Assembly (NCBI GenBank): GCA_963828495.1
Contig: CAWHFJ010000009.1
Coordinates: forward strand, 31,166 to 95,165
Direction of reading: 5' to 3'
Length of the DNA stretch: 64,000 bases
Source of the DNA: Candidatus Omnitrophota bacterium
GTDB taxonomy: Bacteria; Omnitrophota; Gorgyraeia; Zapsychrales; Fredricksoniimonadaceae
Of this stretch, positions 29,856 through 40,661 are shown piece after piece (positions within the stretch are counted from its first letter, which is position 1; each line of letters begins with the position of its first letter). A program made the position numbers and the translations under genes. Below the pieces are notes generated by a model. It searched no databases. It was not told the DNA's origin and saw only the letters and a program-made list of their open reading frames with translations.

Positions 29856-30853
29856 AAAAGCTTAAGAAAACGGGCCCCCGTATAAGCCACCGCAGAAATA
29901 GCCGCTGAACAAGGGATCGTGATAATCCACGCCCAAACAATCCGGCCCGCCACTCCCCAACGGACCGCACTTAAACGTTTGAGAGAACCCACACCCATAA
30001 TGGCCCCGGTAATAGTATGAGTTGTGCTAACAGGTATACCAAAAGATGAGGCTACATACAACATGGTAGCCGCGCCCGACTCAGCGCAAAAACCATCCAC
30101 CGGTCGCAGTTTGACAATTTTCTGCCCCATGGTTTTCACAATGCGCCATCCCCCGCAAATAATTCCAAGGGATATACGTCGTATAACAGGCAAAAACCAC
30201 CCAAAAAGGAATATAAAACTTGTCCCCCAAAAACCCGGCACTAAAAAGAAGACTGGCAATGATGCCCATGGTCTTTTGCGCATCATTACCTCCATGGCCC
30301 ATACAGTAAAGGGCCGTTGAAAACAACTGGCCCTTACGGAAAAGATGGTCTACCTTGCGGGGAGTGAATGTCCGGCAAATCATATGGACAATAATGCCAA
30401 AACCAAAACCTAATATAAGGCCCACACACGGAGCAACAAAAATAAATATCACCACTTTCGTAATCCCCGGAATAATCAGGGCCTTGAGCCCGCCTTAACT
30501 AACGCTGCTCCTATCATGCCTCCGATCAAGGCATGCGAAGAACTGGTGGGTAAGCCGAAATACCAGGTGATGATATTCCACCCACAAGCGCCTGTCAGCG
30601 CCCCGAAAACTACGGTTTGGTCAACAATATTAATATCAATATACCCTTGCCAATGGTGTTGGCCACATGAAGTCCGAAAAAGAAAAACGCAATGAAATTC
30701 AAAGAACGCCGCATAAACAACTGCTCTGCGCGGCGAAAGGACCCGGGTCGAAACGAACGTCGCAATGGCATTGGCTGAATCATGAAAGCCATTTAAAAAG
30801 TCAAACAGCAATGCCAAACAAACAAGAAAGATAATTCCTACCGGAATATGCAT
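29852..30853 (-). pseudogene. pit: Inorganic phosphate transporter, PiT family, disrupted by about four frameshifts
   Basis: PiT signatures are spread over four frames: DFLNGFHDSANAIATFVSTRVL (30476-30853); NFIAFFFFGLHVANTIGKGI (30610-30792, other frame); VDHLFRKGQLFSTALYCMGHGGNDAQKTMGII (30081-30455); and the C-terminal piece SSFGIPVSTTHTITGAIMGVG (29852-30295). Confidence 0.6.
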
Positions 30854-30858
30854 GGGTC

Positions 30859-31485
30859 TTAAGCCTGTTTTAAGATAATGGATTCAACAACATTGGCGAC
30901 GTCTTCACAAATATCCAGGACCGTTTCAGCGTCCCCGTAAATTTCCTTCCACTTAATGATCTCTATGGCACTTTTAGATTCAAAAAGTTCCATAAAGACA
31001 GCATCACGCATAGCATCACCGACATTTTCCAGACGGTTGACCTCTATACAAGCAGCCAGGACCGCTGCCGAGCCATTTTTAAGACGCAGACCTTTGACAG
31101 CTTTGGAAACTGTTACGACGGACTCTTCGATGACCTTGGCAAATTCCATCAAATGCCGGTCACTGCCGGGTATTTTATATACCTTAATGCGGCCTACCAT
31201 GGTATTGATCATGTCCGTGACGTCATCCAATTCCTTAGTCAAGGCATGGATATCTTCACGGTCAAAAGGAGTGATAAAAGTTTTGTTAAGCTGTTCGATA
31301 ATGGCATGCGTTGCGGTATCGCCCCTACTTTCAAGGTGTTGGATGGTTTGATAGGCGGATTCTTCAATCAGTCCGGGGGTGGCCGCTATTTCTTTAAACT
31401 TTTTGGCCGCTTCCACGGCACAGTCCACTTGTTCTTCGAAAAGGTTGAAAAAATCAAACTCGCGCGGAAAAAATTTAAAAATCAT
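30859..31485 (-). CDS. DUF47/PhoU-like protein (PiT accessory protein, YkaA-like)
   Basis: 208 aa. Typical position directly upstream of pit. Helical PhoU-like sequence (..ESRGDTATHAIIEQLNKTFITPFDREDIHAL..). Confidence 0.7.
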   Translation of the reverse strand: MIFKFFPREFDFFNLFEEQVDCAVEAAKKFKEIAATPGLIEESAYQTIQHLESRGDTATHAIIEQLNKTFITPFDREDIHALTKELDDVTDMINTMVGRIKVYKIPGSDRHLMEFAKVIEESVVTVSKAVKGLRLKNGSAAVLAACIEVNRLENVGDAMRDAVFMELFESKSAIEIIKWKEIYGDAETVLDICEDVANVVESIILKQA

Positions 31486-31513
31486 AGCCTGTCCTCATCT
31501 TTAGATGCTGTTA

Positions 31514-31586
31514 AGCTGGCGAGAGGTTTCGAACCCCCGACCTGCGCATTACGAATGCGCTGCTCTACCAACTGAGCTACGCCAGC
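31514..31586 (-). tRNA. tRNA-Thr (CGU)
   Basis: Minus strand GCTGGCGTAGCTCAGTTGGTAGAGCAGCGCATTCGTAATGCGCAGGTCGGGGGTTCGAAACCTCTCGCCAGCT. Anticodon stem GCGCA/TGCGC with loop TTCGTAA. Confidence 0.78.
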
Positions 31587-31710
31587 ATATAATTAGAATG
31601 TATTATATATTAAAGACTTACGAAATCCACTAGTTGACTAGCAGTCTTTTATACCTGATTTCAATAACAACGTCAAGAAAGGATTTCCGTTAGAGCCCCC
31701 TTTATTAACG

Positions 31711-33234
31711 TCATTGGACTACCTGAAATCTCAATTTCTTCATAATTAATTCTTTACTGGGGAACAGATACACAAAATAGGGATCTGCCACAATTTCGGG
31801 CTTGCCTTCATTAGCGACAATCACATACGCCAATATTTCATCTAACATATTCCCTACCAGGGCAACCTTTTGTCCGCTGAAGAATGCCTGCGTCACGGCC
31901 TGAGTGTACACAGGTTGCCGGGAGCGCATAGTCATCCATCTGGAGGCGATCTCTTCCCGACTAAAGAACATCAATTTCCATGACAGGTCATCATCCAGCG
32001 AAAAAACATACTTGACGCCTGACGCTTTAAGAAATTCAATCACTTTAGAAATTTTTTGTATTTCAGGGACTTCATTGGATACGGCCGGGTTTAACCGATA
32101 AGAATTTCTATAATTCCACGCCGCCAAAATACCCAAAACAATCAAAGCCCCTATCACCACCCCCAGGAAGGCCTTAAAAAATATATTTTTATTCATCCAT
32201 TCAAAACTTTGAATGCCAAACCATAATATTAAAAACACACTCAGAGATAAAAGGTAGCGATATTGGTCTTCGCAATTAATAAAAAATGTGCACCCCAAAA
32301 TTAACACGACACTGATTAAAAATGGTGCCGGAAAAGCGCTGACCTGTTTCGTGATCAAACCCCAAATGTACATTCCCAAACTAACTAAAGCCACAACACA
32401 CCAGACATTGGATATGACAACCGGGGCCCAATCCTTGCCAAAGCCTGCATCTTGATTTAAGGCATGAAAAACTCTGTCCTTAAAAGTCGAAACAAAAACT
32501 GAAAAATCATCCGCTCTAAACCAGGCCGGTTGCCAATAATCCGTATTGCCCTGAAGATGGGCCATCACCTTCCCCAGAATGAAAACCCCGATGAATCCGG
32601 CCATGCAGATAAAAATGTTCTGAACGCTTTTTGGCTTAAGCTGCGACCCTCCCAGCAAAGGCAAAACCCCCAATAAAAAAATAGGCTGAGAGAAAAAAAT
32701 AAAACCCGATAATAGGCCTATCCCCCAACACACCTTCTTGTTTAATTGCGGCCCGTGGCGGGCTATCAAAAATAAAACAATACTCGATAGCAAAAACGCC
32801 GATATATACCCTCCGCGGGCCCTCATCGACCAACCCATCCAGGCCGGCGAAAAAATCAATAAGCACGTAATCCAAAAACTATACATCCTGCCCGTCCATC
32901 GGGCACAAGCACTATAAAAAAAGACACACCCTAATGTCCACAACAGCAGCATGGGGACTTTTAATGAAAAAAGCCCCATCCCAAAAAATTTGATCGCCAG
33001 GGCGACTGCCCCTGCCTCGAGCCAGCAAAAACCGTAACTCTGCCCCCAAAAATAAAAAGGAAACTCTTGGGCCTGAGCCATATGCTTGGCCATAAGCCCC
33101 AACACACACTCATCTCCGTTATAGTCGGCATGAAAATAAGGGCTCATCAGTTGCGGCAGGCGGGATAATAAACACAATGCCACAACCCCCAGGATGCCAC
33201 ACCAACTCCTATGGGCGTACAATTGAGATTTCAT
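31711..33234 (-). CDS. Polytopic membrane protein, GT-C-like putative glycosyltransferase
   Basis: 507 aa, multiple TM helices in the N-terminal two thirds, soluble C-terminal domain. Confidence 0.45.
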   Translation of the reverse strand: MKSQLYAHRSWCGILGVVALCLLSRLPQLMSPYFHADYNGDECVLGLMAKHMAQAQEFPFYFWGQSYGFCWLEAGAVALAIKFFGMGLFSLKVPMLLLWTLGCVFFYSACARWTGRMYSFWITCLLIFSPAWMGWSMRARGGYISAFLLSSIVLFLIARHGPQLNKKVCWGIGLLSGFIFFSQPIFLLGVLPLLGGSQLKPKSVQNIFICMAGFIGVFILGKVMAHLQGNTDYWQPAWFRADDFSVFVSTFKDRVFHALNQDAGFGKDWAPVVISNVWCVVALVSLGMYIWGLITKQVSAFPAPFLISVVLILGCTFFINCEDQYRYLLSLSVFLILWFGIQSFEWMNKNIFFKAFLGVVIGALIVLGILAAWNYRNSYRLNPAVSNEVPEIQKISKVIEFLKASGVKYVFSLDDDLSWKLMFFSREEIASRWMTMRSRQPVYTQAVTQAFFSGQKVALVGNMLDEILAYVIVANEGKPEIVADPYFVYLFPSKELIMKKLRFQVVQ

Positions 33235-33289
33235 TCGTTAAGGAAATAGAACGCATGCCAAAATTTCTTGGGACGGACACCAGCGCGTA

Positions 33290-34135
33290 TTACACCCCCG
33301 CCACATCTGAAGAAAGGCCTTTAACAATATATTTCTGCATGGCGAGGTATATCCCAATGATGGGGAGTATTGCCATCGTCAGGCCCGCCATTAGCACCGG
33401 ATAATCTGTGCTATTAGCACCCTGAAAGACCATGAGGCCTCTTTGCAAAGGCATCAATTGGGTGTCTCCCAAAAGCAAGGTGGCCAGGATATACTCGTTC
33501 CATACGTTCAGTGAATTAAAAATCACGATGACCGCGATGGCCGGACGCGCCAGGGGCAAAGCGACATGCCACCAGATGCCGATCTTGCCGCATCCGTCGA
33601 TGCGGGCCGCATCCTCCAGATCTCGCGGCATTTTGTCAAAAAAAGTTTTCAACAGCAAAATGCTCATCGAAAGCCCGACATTGATCATGCACAAAATATA
33701 ACCCAAACGGGTATTGACCAAATGCAGTTTATTCATCAAAACAAACAAAGCCACGAACGAGCCCGGCAGGGGGATCATCATGGCCGCCACAAACAGATAA
33801 AAAATAATGTTCTTGCCGGGAAATTGCAGGCGTGAAAAAGAAAACGCAGCGAGCGATGAGACCAGCACAATACCTGAAACCACGCACACGGTATAAATAA
33901 CGCTGTTGAATAAATAGACCGCCAAATTCCCCTTAGTCCAAGCAACGGCAAAATTACCAAAATTCAATGCATGGGGAATAAGCGCCTTGTCGATGAAAAC
34001 AGTTTCATTGGTCATCAAGGCACAACGCACCATCCACAATAAAGGAAACAGACACGTCAACGTGATACTCATCAGAAAAATATGGATCAGCGTTGATTGG
34101 GTCATGCCCCAAATGACGTATCTATTCGTTTTCAT
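33290..34135 (-). CDS. Carbohydrate ABC transporter permease (MalG/UgpE-like)
   Basis: EAA-loop motif DLEDAARIDGCGKIGIWWHVALPLARPA. 6 TM. Confidence 0.8.
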   Translation of the reverse strand: MKTNRYVIWGMTQSTLIHIFLMSITLTCLFPLLWMVRCALMTNETVFIDKALIPHALNFGNFAVAWTKGNLAVYLFNSVIYTVCVVSGIVLVSSLAAFSFSRLQFPGKNIIFYLFVAAMMIPLPGSFVALFVLMNKLHLVNTRLGYILCMINVGLSMSILLLKTFFDKMPRDLEDAARIDGCGKIGIWWHVALPLARPAIAVIVIFNSLNVWNEYILATLLLGDTQLMPLQRGLMVFQGANSTDYPVLMAGLTMAILPIIGIYLAMQKYIVKGLSSDVAGV

Positions 34136-35046
34136 ACTTGTTTAGTCCTGTCAGAGAATATTTTCATCATAAAAGACACACACACCAGGGCCATGCCGAA
34201 AATAACCGCCTCGGCGCAGGCATAACCAAAACGATTGGTGCCTGTCATCGACGACAAAATACGGATCACCGGCACATCCGTATGATGGACCAATCCTTCA
34301 TTGACCATGGAGAGGATCAAGACAAAAACCTGCATAGACCCCAGGATCGTCAGGATCATCACAACCAAAATCACCGGCAGCATCAGGGGAAGGGTGATAT
34401 AGGTAAACATCCTCCAGGGGCCGGCCCCGTCGACACGGGCCGCCTCATACAGCTGTTTATCGATCGTCTGCAATCCCGCCAGCAGCATAACAAAGCCCCA
34501 ACCAAAACCTTTCCAGCTATGTACAATGGCAATGGTCGTCAGCGCTGTCTTGGGGTCCCCCAGCCAATTGTGGACGAGCTGGGGCCATCCTGAAGTATAC
34601 AAGAGATAATTAAGAAGCCCGATATGAACACCGTTTTGCAATTCGGGATTCAAGATCCAATTCCAGATAAGGCCGACCACAACCTCGGAAAGTACCGGCG
34701 GGATGAAAAAAACGATACAGTAAAAACGCTTCATGCGGATCTGGCGGTCACAGGCCAACGCCAACGCAAATGCCAAAGCGTTCTGGAAAATCAGGGCGAT
34801 GAGTGTGATATACCCGGCATGCCCCATGGAATCCCACCAAAAATTATCCCCTATCAATTCCTTATAATTCTGCAGGCCGATCAAATGCATCGGCCCTATC
34901 CCCCGCCATTCATGGAAAGAGAGGCAAATCATGTTCAAAAAAGGATAGATATAAAAAACGCAGAAGATGGCAAAAGCAGGAAGAACAAAAAAGAAATTCT
35001 GCACATTGTCCTTAAAAACAGCCGCGGCTTTAATTTTTGAATTCAT
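34132..35046 (-). CDS. Carbohydrate ABC transporter permease (MalF/UgpA-like)
   Basis: EAA-loop motif YEAARVDGAGPWRMFTYITLPLMLP. Overlaps the next permease gene by 4 nt. Confidence 0.8.
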   Translation of the reverse strand: MNSKIKAAAVFKDNVQNFFFVLPAFAIFCVFYIYPFLNMICLSFHEWRGIGPMHLIGLQNYKELIGDNFWWDSMGHAGYITLIALIFQNALAFALALACDRQIRMKRFYCIVFFIPPVLSEVVVGLIWNWILNPELQNGVHIGLLNYLLYTSGWPQLVHNWLGDPKTALTTIAIVHSWKGFGWGFVMLLAGLQTIDKQLYEAARVDGAGPWRMFTYITLPLMLPVILVVMILTILGSMQVFVLILSMVNEGLVHHTDVPVIRILSSMTGTNRFGYACAEAVIFGMALVCVSFMMKIFSDRTKQV

Positions 35047-36336
35047 CGTCGATCCTTGAGTGTTTGCACATCCTGGGCCACCTGTCGTGGGGTCTTCTCG
35101 CCGATAATGATGGCCTGAATCCCCTTATCCAAAGCTTCCGTGACCAGCGGATCTTCATTCACCGGCCATACGGTCGGATGTGTCGATGGCTCCATCCCCC
35201 GGGAAAATTTTCCCAAAACCGGAGATACGACCGATAGCACTTCTTTTAGCGCTTCTTTATTGGAAGGCAAATTATTGGTTTCCCGGGCCAATAACACTTG
35301 CTGTTGCGGCGCGGTGAGCCATTTCAAAAAAGCGATAGCTTTATCTTTATTCGGTGAATCGGCACGGACCACAAAAGAAGAGCCGGCCCCTCCCCAAATT
35401 TTCAGAGGGAAAGCCGTGCTCACAGGCGGCGGCATCATCACGCCATAATCCAAATGCGGGTTCATATCATGATAGACATTGACGCACCAGGAGCCGTTAA
35501 AAGCAAAAGCCGCGCGCTCCAGGGCAAAATCCTGCTCGGCGTATTTATTGCCCTTCGTCACAATGCCGTCCATAAGAACGCCTTTATCGCGCAGATCGGC
35601 AAAAATACTTAAAACTTTGATCCAGTCAGGGTCCGTATATTTGACCTGACCGCGGAAAGTCGCAAAAATTTTCTCTTCTCCCATAATATTGAAGGCATAA
35701 TTGGAGGCAAAACAATCCAACAGCCACAACTCGCCCCAACCGGAAACAAAGGGTGTAATGCCCACACGATTAAGGGCCTGGGCATCTTTGATAAATGCCT
35801 CATAAGTTGAGGGAGGAGCGCTAATGCCGGCACGGGCCAGGAGCTTTTTGTTATAAAGCATCTCTTCGTTAGTCACATCAATAGGAACGCCGTAAATGCC
35901 GGCCTTGACCCCATAAATATTCCCCGTCTCAAAACGCTTGTCCGCCAGGGCCTTATCAGACAAGCTATCTGCCCATGCTCCGCCATTGGCATTCATATCA
36001 GGGGTCAGGTCATCGACCAATCCTGCTTTGATAAAATCCGCTACGATGGGTTTTGTATTGAGGATGCCGTAAATATCCGGCAGGACATTGGCCTGCGCCG
36101 CGGCGATGATCATCTGGGAATAAGAATCTGAAGGAGCGAACAGGCGGACGGTGACTTCAACTCCGGTTTCCTGTTTGTACTGTTGGGCAAGTTTTAAAAA
36201 GGTGTCATTACAGTCGGTCATCCAGTGCCAGAGGAGGATTTTATTACTTGGAGGAGGGATGCTGGGAACATCCGGCAAAAACAAGCAACATTAAGCTTAC
36301 GGTCACCAGGGTATTGGGCCTTTGGTATTTGCGCAT
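35043..36336 (-). CDS. Sugar ABC transporter substrate-binding lipoprotein (SBP family 1), with a frameshift between signal peptide and mature domain (~36220-36245)
   Basis: ATG at 36336 gives MRKYQRPNTLVTVSLMLLVFAGCSQHPSSK* (lipoprotein signal, LVFAGC). The mature part continues in the other frame (IPPPSNKILLWHWMTDCNDTFLKLAQQYKQETGVEVTV...). Confidence 0.7.
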
Positions 36337-36351
36337 CCAGTTTCCCCAAAT

Positions 36352-37312
36352 TTAAACTCCCAGGAGGGCTCTTAGAGTAGTTCTGGCAGTGTCCATAATA
36401 CCTTTTGATTTAGTGTAGAGCTTGTCATATTCATTACTGAACACGGTATATTGTTCTTCAAACTCTTTATCGCTGACACTATCCATCTTTTTGGGCGCCC
36501 TGATCTCCCGCCATAGTAAAGAAAGCATCCTTTCAGTTCTCTCTATCTGGTCAATGCATGCTCTGTAATTCCTGAAAGACTTATTGTCAGACAAGGTCCC
36601 CAAAAGAGATATCGGATATATTATACTTCCATTTTGTTTCCTCATAATTCCAGCACTTGATGAGAAAATTGAGAGTCTGTTCATAAGCAAAATTTCTGTT
36701 ATTGATCAAAAGCTCGCGCAAAACAGATGTTTTGATATTGAGGAACTCCGATCTCGGGCGATTCAACGGCAAGGACCTTATGCTCCGTGAGATCTCGGGA
36801 AACCAGTTGGCCAACAGGGAATATGTGCCATACGTATCTACCAGGCTTTTGGCGCTGTACTGGTCCCCTGTTCTAAAATCTCCTATGGCAATATCTGAAC
36901 TTGTTGTTTCAATAAAAGCACTGAGATTGTCATAGAATGAGACATCCTCGTCAACGAAATCAATATCACCCGGTATTTGTACAATTCTCTCGGCTTGGGG
37001 ATAATTATCCAGCACATGACCCCAACCGGCAAGCCATGTCTGACATGAATCCACAGACCAGGTTTGTATAACCTCAAGGCTCTTGTATCTTTCATCCTTG
37101 ATAAAAGAAGCGGCATGCTGCCTTATGACCGTATCCCTGGGTAACATAACAATCGGCTTGGGATCAATTTCCTTACACCTGTCAATGGTCCACCAAAAAT
37201 ACCATTCGCACTTTTTATTATTCTCATACCCCAAGTAGGGGAAAATAATAATCGGCTTTGAATTGATGATTTTATTAGGTTGCTGTTGTGGTAGTGGTGG
37301 TTGTTTGGCCAT
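36352..37312 (-). CDS. Hypothetical protein, probably one gene split by a frameshift (~36600-36690)
   Basis: ORFs 36587-37312 and 36352-36690 overlap in different frames on the same strand. No recognisable motif. Confidence 0.35.
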
Positions 37313-37408
37313 ATCTTTTCTCCAGCTCTACTTAAAAGCTTATATTACGCTTTTCCCCGTCTTTGTTCCAGTTGTTTACGAATGTCATACGCCTTATCTT
37401 CGGAAATC

Positions 37409-38815
37409 TCAAATGTCGCAATAATGATAAATAGCGACTAAAGTGGTCACAATCGGGATGCCGATATCACAGAGCCTCATCAACAATAAAGTTTTAGCCG
37501 ACTGATTAATGCCTAATGCGATATTGAAACCCGTCCAATTCAGGAGATATCCGCCCAGGATCGATGCCCCTGCCATTCCCAATTTCTGGATCCACCAGTA
37601 GATCCCACTGAACATGCCTTCCCTGCGCGTGCCGCTCTGTAATTCGTCAAAGTCGCAAACATCAGCGACCATGGAGGGAACTATGGTGAAAAGCGCCCCC
37701 AGATGAAACGCCAAGAAAGGGGCCGCAATCAGCAGCCAATAAGGGTGGCCGGGGTTGTACCCTACCCATTTCAACGCATAACCGATGATCGCAAGGGACA
37801 TGGTGAGCAGAAAGGTGTTTCTCTTGCCGATCTTTGTGGAGATCCATGCGGTTAAAGAGATAGCACCGAGTGTGCAAACGGAACTGCAAGTCCCAAACGT
37901 GCCCAGTAAAGTGCCGCCGTTATGATACATGACATCCTGGGCAGACATGGCCGCGTGGGCATGTGCGCCGCCAAAGACATAGAAAAAGATCACATAGGCT
38001 GTAAAGCTGGACGCCAGCATGAACCCGTTGAAGATCAGAAAAGTGACCGCGATAAGCTTAACAAAAGGAAGACATTTAAAAGACGTGGCACAATTGCCCA
38101 AGAGGTCTTTGATAATGTTCCCATAACCCTTTTTCTTTTCAGGTCTAGGCAAGTTAGCGAAATGTTCCTTGTTGAAAATCGCCGGAAGGACGCCGCCGAC
38201 CAGGATGAAACCTCCGACGATGATCGCGAGGGTCCGGGCGCCTGCCGCGAGATCCGGAAAAAGCACTTTATTGCTCATAATCGCAAAGAACCAGGGCGCG
38301 ATCATCCAGACAGGCTGGGCGAGAAAATTGGAGAACGCCTGCAGCCGCGTGCGCTCATGATAATCGGGACTCATTTCATAACCTAGCGCGATCCAGGGGA
38401 TCGAATAACAGGCAAAGGCAATGACAAAAAGACACTGGATCAACAACACATACCTGAAATAGAAATTCTCGCTATGCCCCTTATACAGTTGAAACATCAA
38501 CGCTAATAAAATCCCCGAACTAATAGCGCCAAAAAGTATCCACGGCCTGCGGCGCCCATAGCGGGTGCGGGTATTATCTGAACTGTAACCGATTAAGGGG
38601 TCTGAAAAAGCATCGATAAAACGGGGAACAGCGCCGATCCAGCCGACTAAAACGGGATTCATGCCTAACCCGAGATTCAAAACAGTGATCAGCTGGCCAA
38701 TAGCAGCTGCTTGAAATTGATTAACGAATGACCCTATACCATATACAACTTTTTGAAAAAAAGGAATGCGGTCTTCACGGGCTGTCGTATGGTGGTGATC
38801 CACTGCTTGTGCCAT
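37409..38815 (-). CDS. Glycoside-pentoside-hexuronide (GPH):cation symporter family MFS transporter
   Basis: GPH signature DNTRTRYGRRRPW after TM2. ~12 TM. Confidence 0.75.
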   Translation of the reverse strand: MAQAVDHHHTTAREDRIPFFQKVVYGIGSFVNQFQAAAIGQLITVLNLGLGMNPVLVGWIGAVPRFIDAFSDPLIGYSSDNTRTRYGRRRPWILFGAISSGILLALMFQLYKGHSENFYFRYVLLIQCLFVIAFACYSIPWIALGYEMSPDYHERTRLQAFSNFLAQPVWMIAPWFFAIMSNKVLFPDLAAGARTLAIIVGGFILVGGVLPAIFNKEHFANLPRPEKKKGYGNIIKDLLGNCATSFKCLPFVKLIAVTFLIFNGFMLASSFTAYVIFFYVFGGAHAHAAMSAQDVMYHNGGTLLGTFGTCSSVCTLGAISLTAWISTKIGKRNTFLLTMSLAIIGYALKWVGYNPGHPYWLLIAAPFLAFHLGALFTIVPSMVADVCDFDELQSGTRREGMFSGIYWWIQKLGMAGASILGGYLLNWTGFNIALGINQSAKTLLLMRLCDIGIPIVTTLVAIYHYCDI

Positions 38816-38910
38816 TAACTACCTCCGGTTTAGTTTTATAAATATAAATTGTGCATTATAACAAGCAAACCCGGTCTGCACAATACTATTTATCAATACC
38901 CTCTAAAATA

Positions 38911-40617
38911 TCATTGAAGCCGATACACAATCGCAATAGGCGTCCCATCCACCCTCACGGCATAGTACTCATTTTTATACGGATATTCCTCTTTGTGCCA
39001 GCGATAATCACTCAAAAAATATTTCGCCTCCTGCGCATTATTAACGAATACTATACGTTCTATATCACTGCCCTTAAGCATCCCTGTCGGCACAACTTCA
39101 GGATGGCCATCCACGTAGTGACGGCCGTCTACATAGACTTTAATAAAAGGATCCGGATCATGCGTTACAATATGCTCAAAGACCTTGGTGAATGATAACC
39201 CCCAATAGTCCAAATCAAACCTGGTCTTTATTTCTTTCATGTTCCGTCCGGCCAAGATGTTAAAGTAAACATTTTGAAAGGGGTGATTTCTAACCATAAA
39301 CACAACGATACTGCTTAAATTGAATACGATTAAAGAAATCAGCATTGTTTGAATAAAAATACCCCCCGTCTTCCCCCTGACAAAACCCCATAAGGCCCGT
39401 AATCCTATCAATGAAATAACCAAAAAGAAGGGATAAACAAAAAACATTTGTCTCCAGGCGTCATAGACAACAGATTTCATGAGAATAACAGCAAGGACGG
39501 GTAAAGAAATTAATAAAAAAACGATCAATTCACTCTTATGGTGGCGATAAAATTGCGCGGGATTTTTTCCCGCAAGCATAATGGTCTTGAGATATCCGAT
39601 ACAAAAAGTCATGACATAGACTAACGGTGTGGAGACGGCAATCCATACAGGTATATAATGCCATGGCAGAAGGAAATCCTTGATGTATTGCCCTAAGTAC
39701 AAAACTGTCAACCCCAATCTAAAGTGGGACATGGATGATAAAGCGTAAAAGAAATTTTTTAACGGTGATGCCCATAAAAACGGCCAAAAAAGTATGGTCA
39801 ACACCATTAAAAAGAACCCGTAGGCCAAGACGCTCAAAAAAACTTTTTTTAAGTTTGTGCCTGCAGCAGGCATCAACCCCATATCTAGGAAAACAAAAAG
39901 CAAGGTCAACAGCGGGATGATGATACCGACGATCCGGATGTCGATGAGAACGCAAGAGGTCAATGCATGAATAAACGCATTGGCCAAGGTCCTATGTTCC
40001 AAATAATTAATCAGTGTATAGGTGCTGATAATAAATAACGATAAACAAGGGATGTCTTTTGAATTATAAAACGCATCGGCAAAAATACGTGGGCTTAAAA
40101 TTAAGAACAGCGATCCACATAAACCTGCCGGCCAACTATGGAAAATTTTTTTACACAATTTGTAGAAAAAAATAACACCCAAATAAAACATTAAAAACGT
40201 TGCCAGATGCCTCATCAAATGAACGGCCCTGATATCATCTGCCAGATGAAACCCCTTCTCTAAAAGAACTAAAACGACTTCAAAAAATGGCCCATGATCC
40301 CTCCCTCCATACTGCAGTAACCCTTCGTCCCCCTTAACAACATAATCAATAGTCAAAACACCAATGGCTCTTTGCCCGGCCTCATCCAAAGGAATCCCAT
40401 AATCCTTAACAAGAAATACGCCTGTGCCAAGAAATAGGACAAAAAAAATAAAAACAATAGCCTTATGAAGTTCTAACCTTAAAATTCTATCTTTTTGTAG
40501 AACTCCTAGATCATCCCAGACATAAATAGCCCCATCAGAAACTTTCAACTGTGTTTTTAAAGGTATTAATTCTTTAAACACCTCATAGTCACGGCGCTTG
40601 CGATACGCACAATACAC
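38911..40617 (-). CDS. PMT_2 / ArnT-like GT-C membrane glycosyltransferase
   Basis: 568 aa polytopic protein. Conserved loop DDIRAVHLMRHLATFLMFYLGVIFFYKL resembles the PMT_2 (YkcB-like) family. Confidence 0.55.
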   Translation of the reverse strand: MYCAYRKRRDYEVFKELIPLKTQLKVSDGAIYVWDDLGVLQKDRILRLELHKAIVFIFFVLFLGTGVFLVKDYGIPLDEAGQRAIGVLTIDYVVKGDEGLLQYGGRDHGPFFEVVLVLLEKGFHLADDIRAVHLMRHLATFLMFYLGVIFFYKLCKKIFHSWPAGLCGSLFLILSPRIFADAFYNSKDIPCLSLFIISTYTLINYLEHRTLANAFIHALTSCVLIDIRIVGIIIPLLTLLFVFLDMGLMPAAGTNLKKVFLSVLAYGFFLMVLTILFWPFLWASPLKNFFYALSSMSHFRLGLTVLYLGQYIKDFLLPWHYIPVWIAVSTPLVYVMTFCIGYLKTIMLAGKNPAQFYRHHKSELIVFLLISLPVLAVILMKSVVYDAWRQMFFVYPFFLVISLIGLRALWGFVRGKTGGIFIQTMLISLIVFNLSSIVVFMVRNHPFQNVYFNILAGRNMKEIKTRFDLDYWGLSFTKVFEHIVTHDPDPFIKVYVDGRHYVDGHPEVVPTGMLKGSDIERIVFVNNAQEAKYFLSDYRWHKEEYPYKNEYYAVRVDGTPIAIVYRLQ

Positions 40618-40661
40618 AACAACACCCTTCTTATCACGCCAATCCTTCTTCTAAATAAAAA

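Noticed and set aside
32636..33109. Small minus-strand ORFs 32636-32875 and 32912-33109
   Set aside because: They lie inside the 31711-33234 membrane-protein gene in other frames. Spurious.
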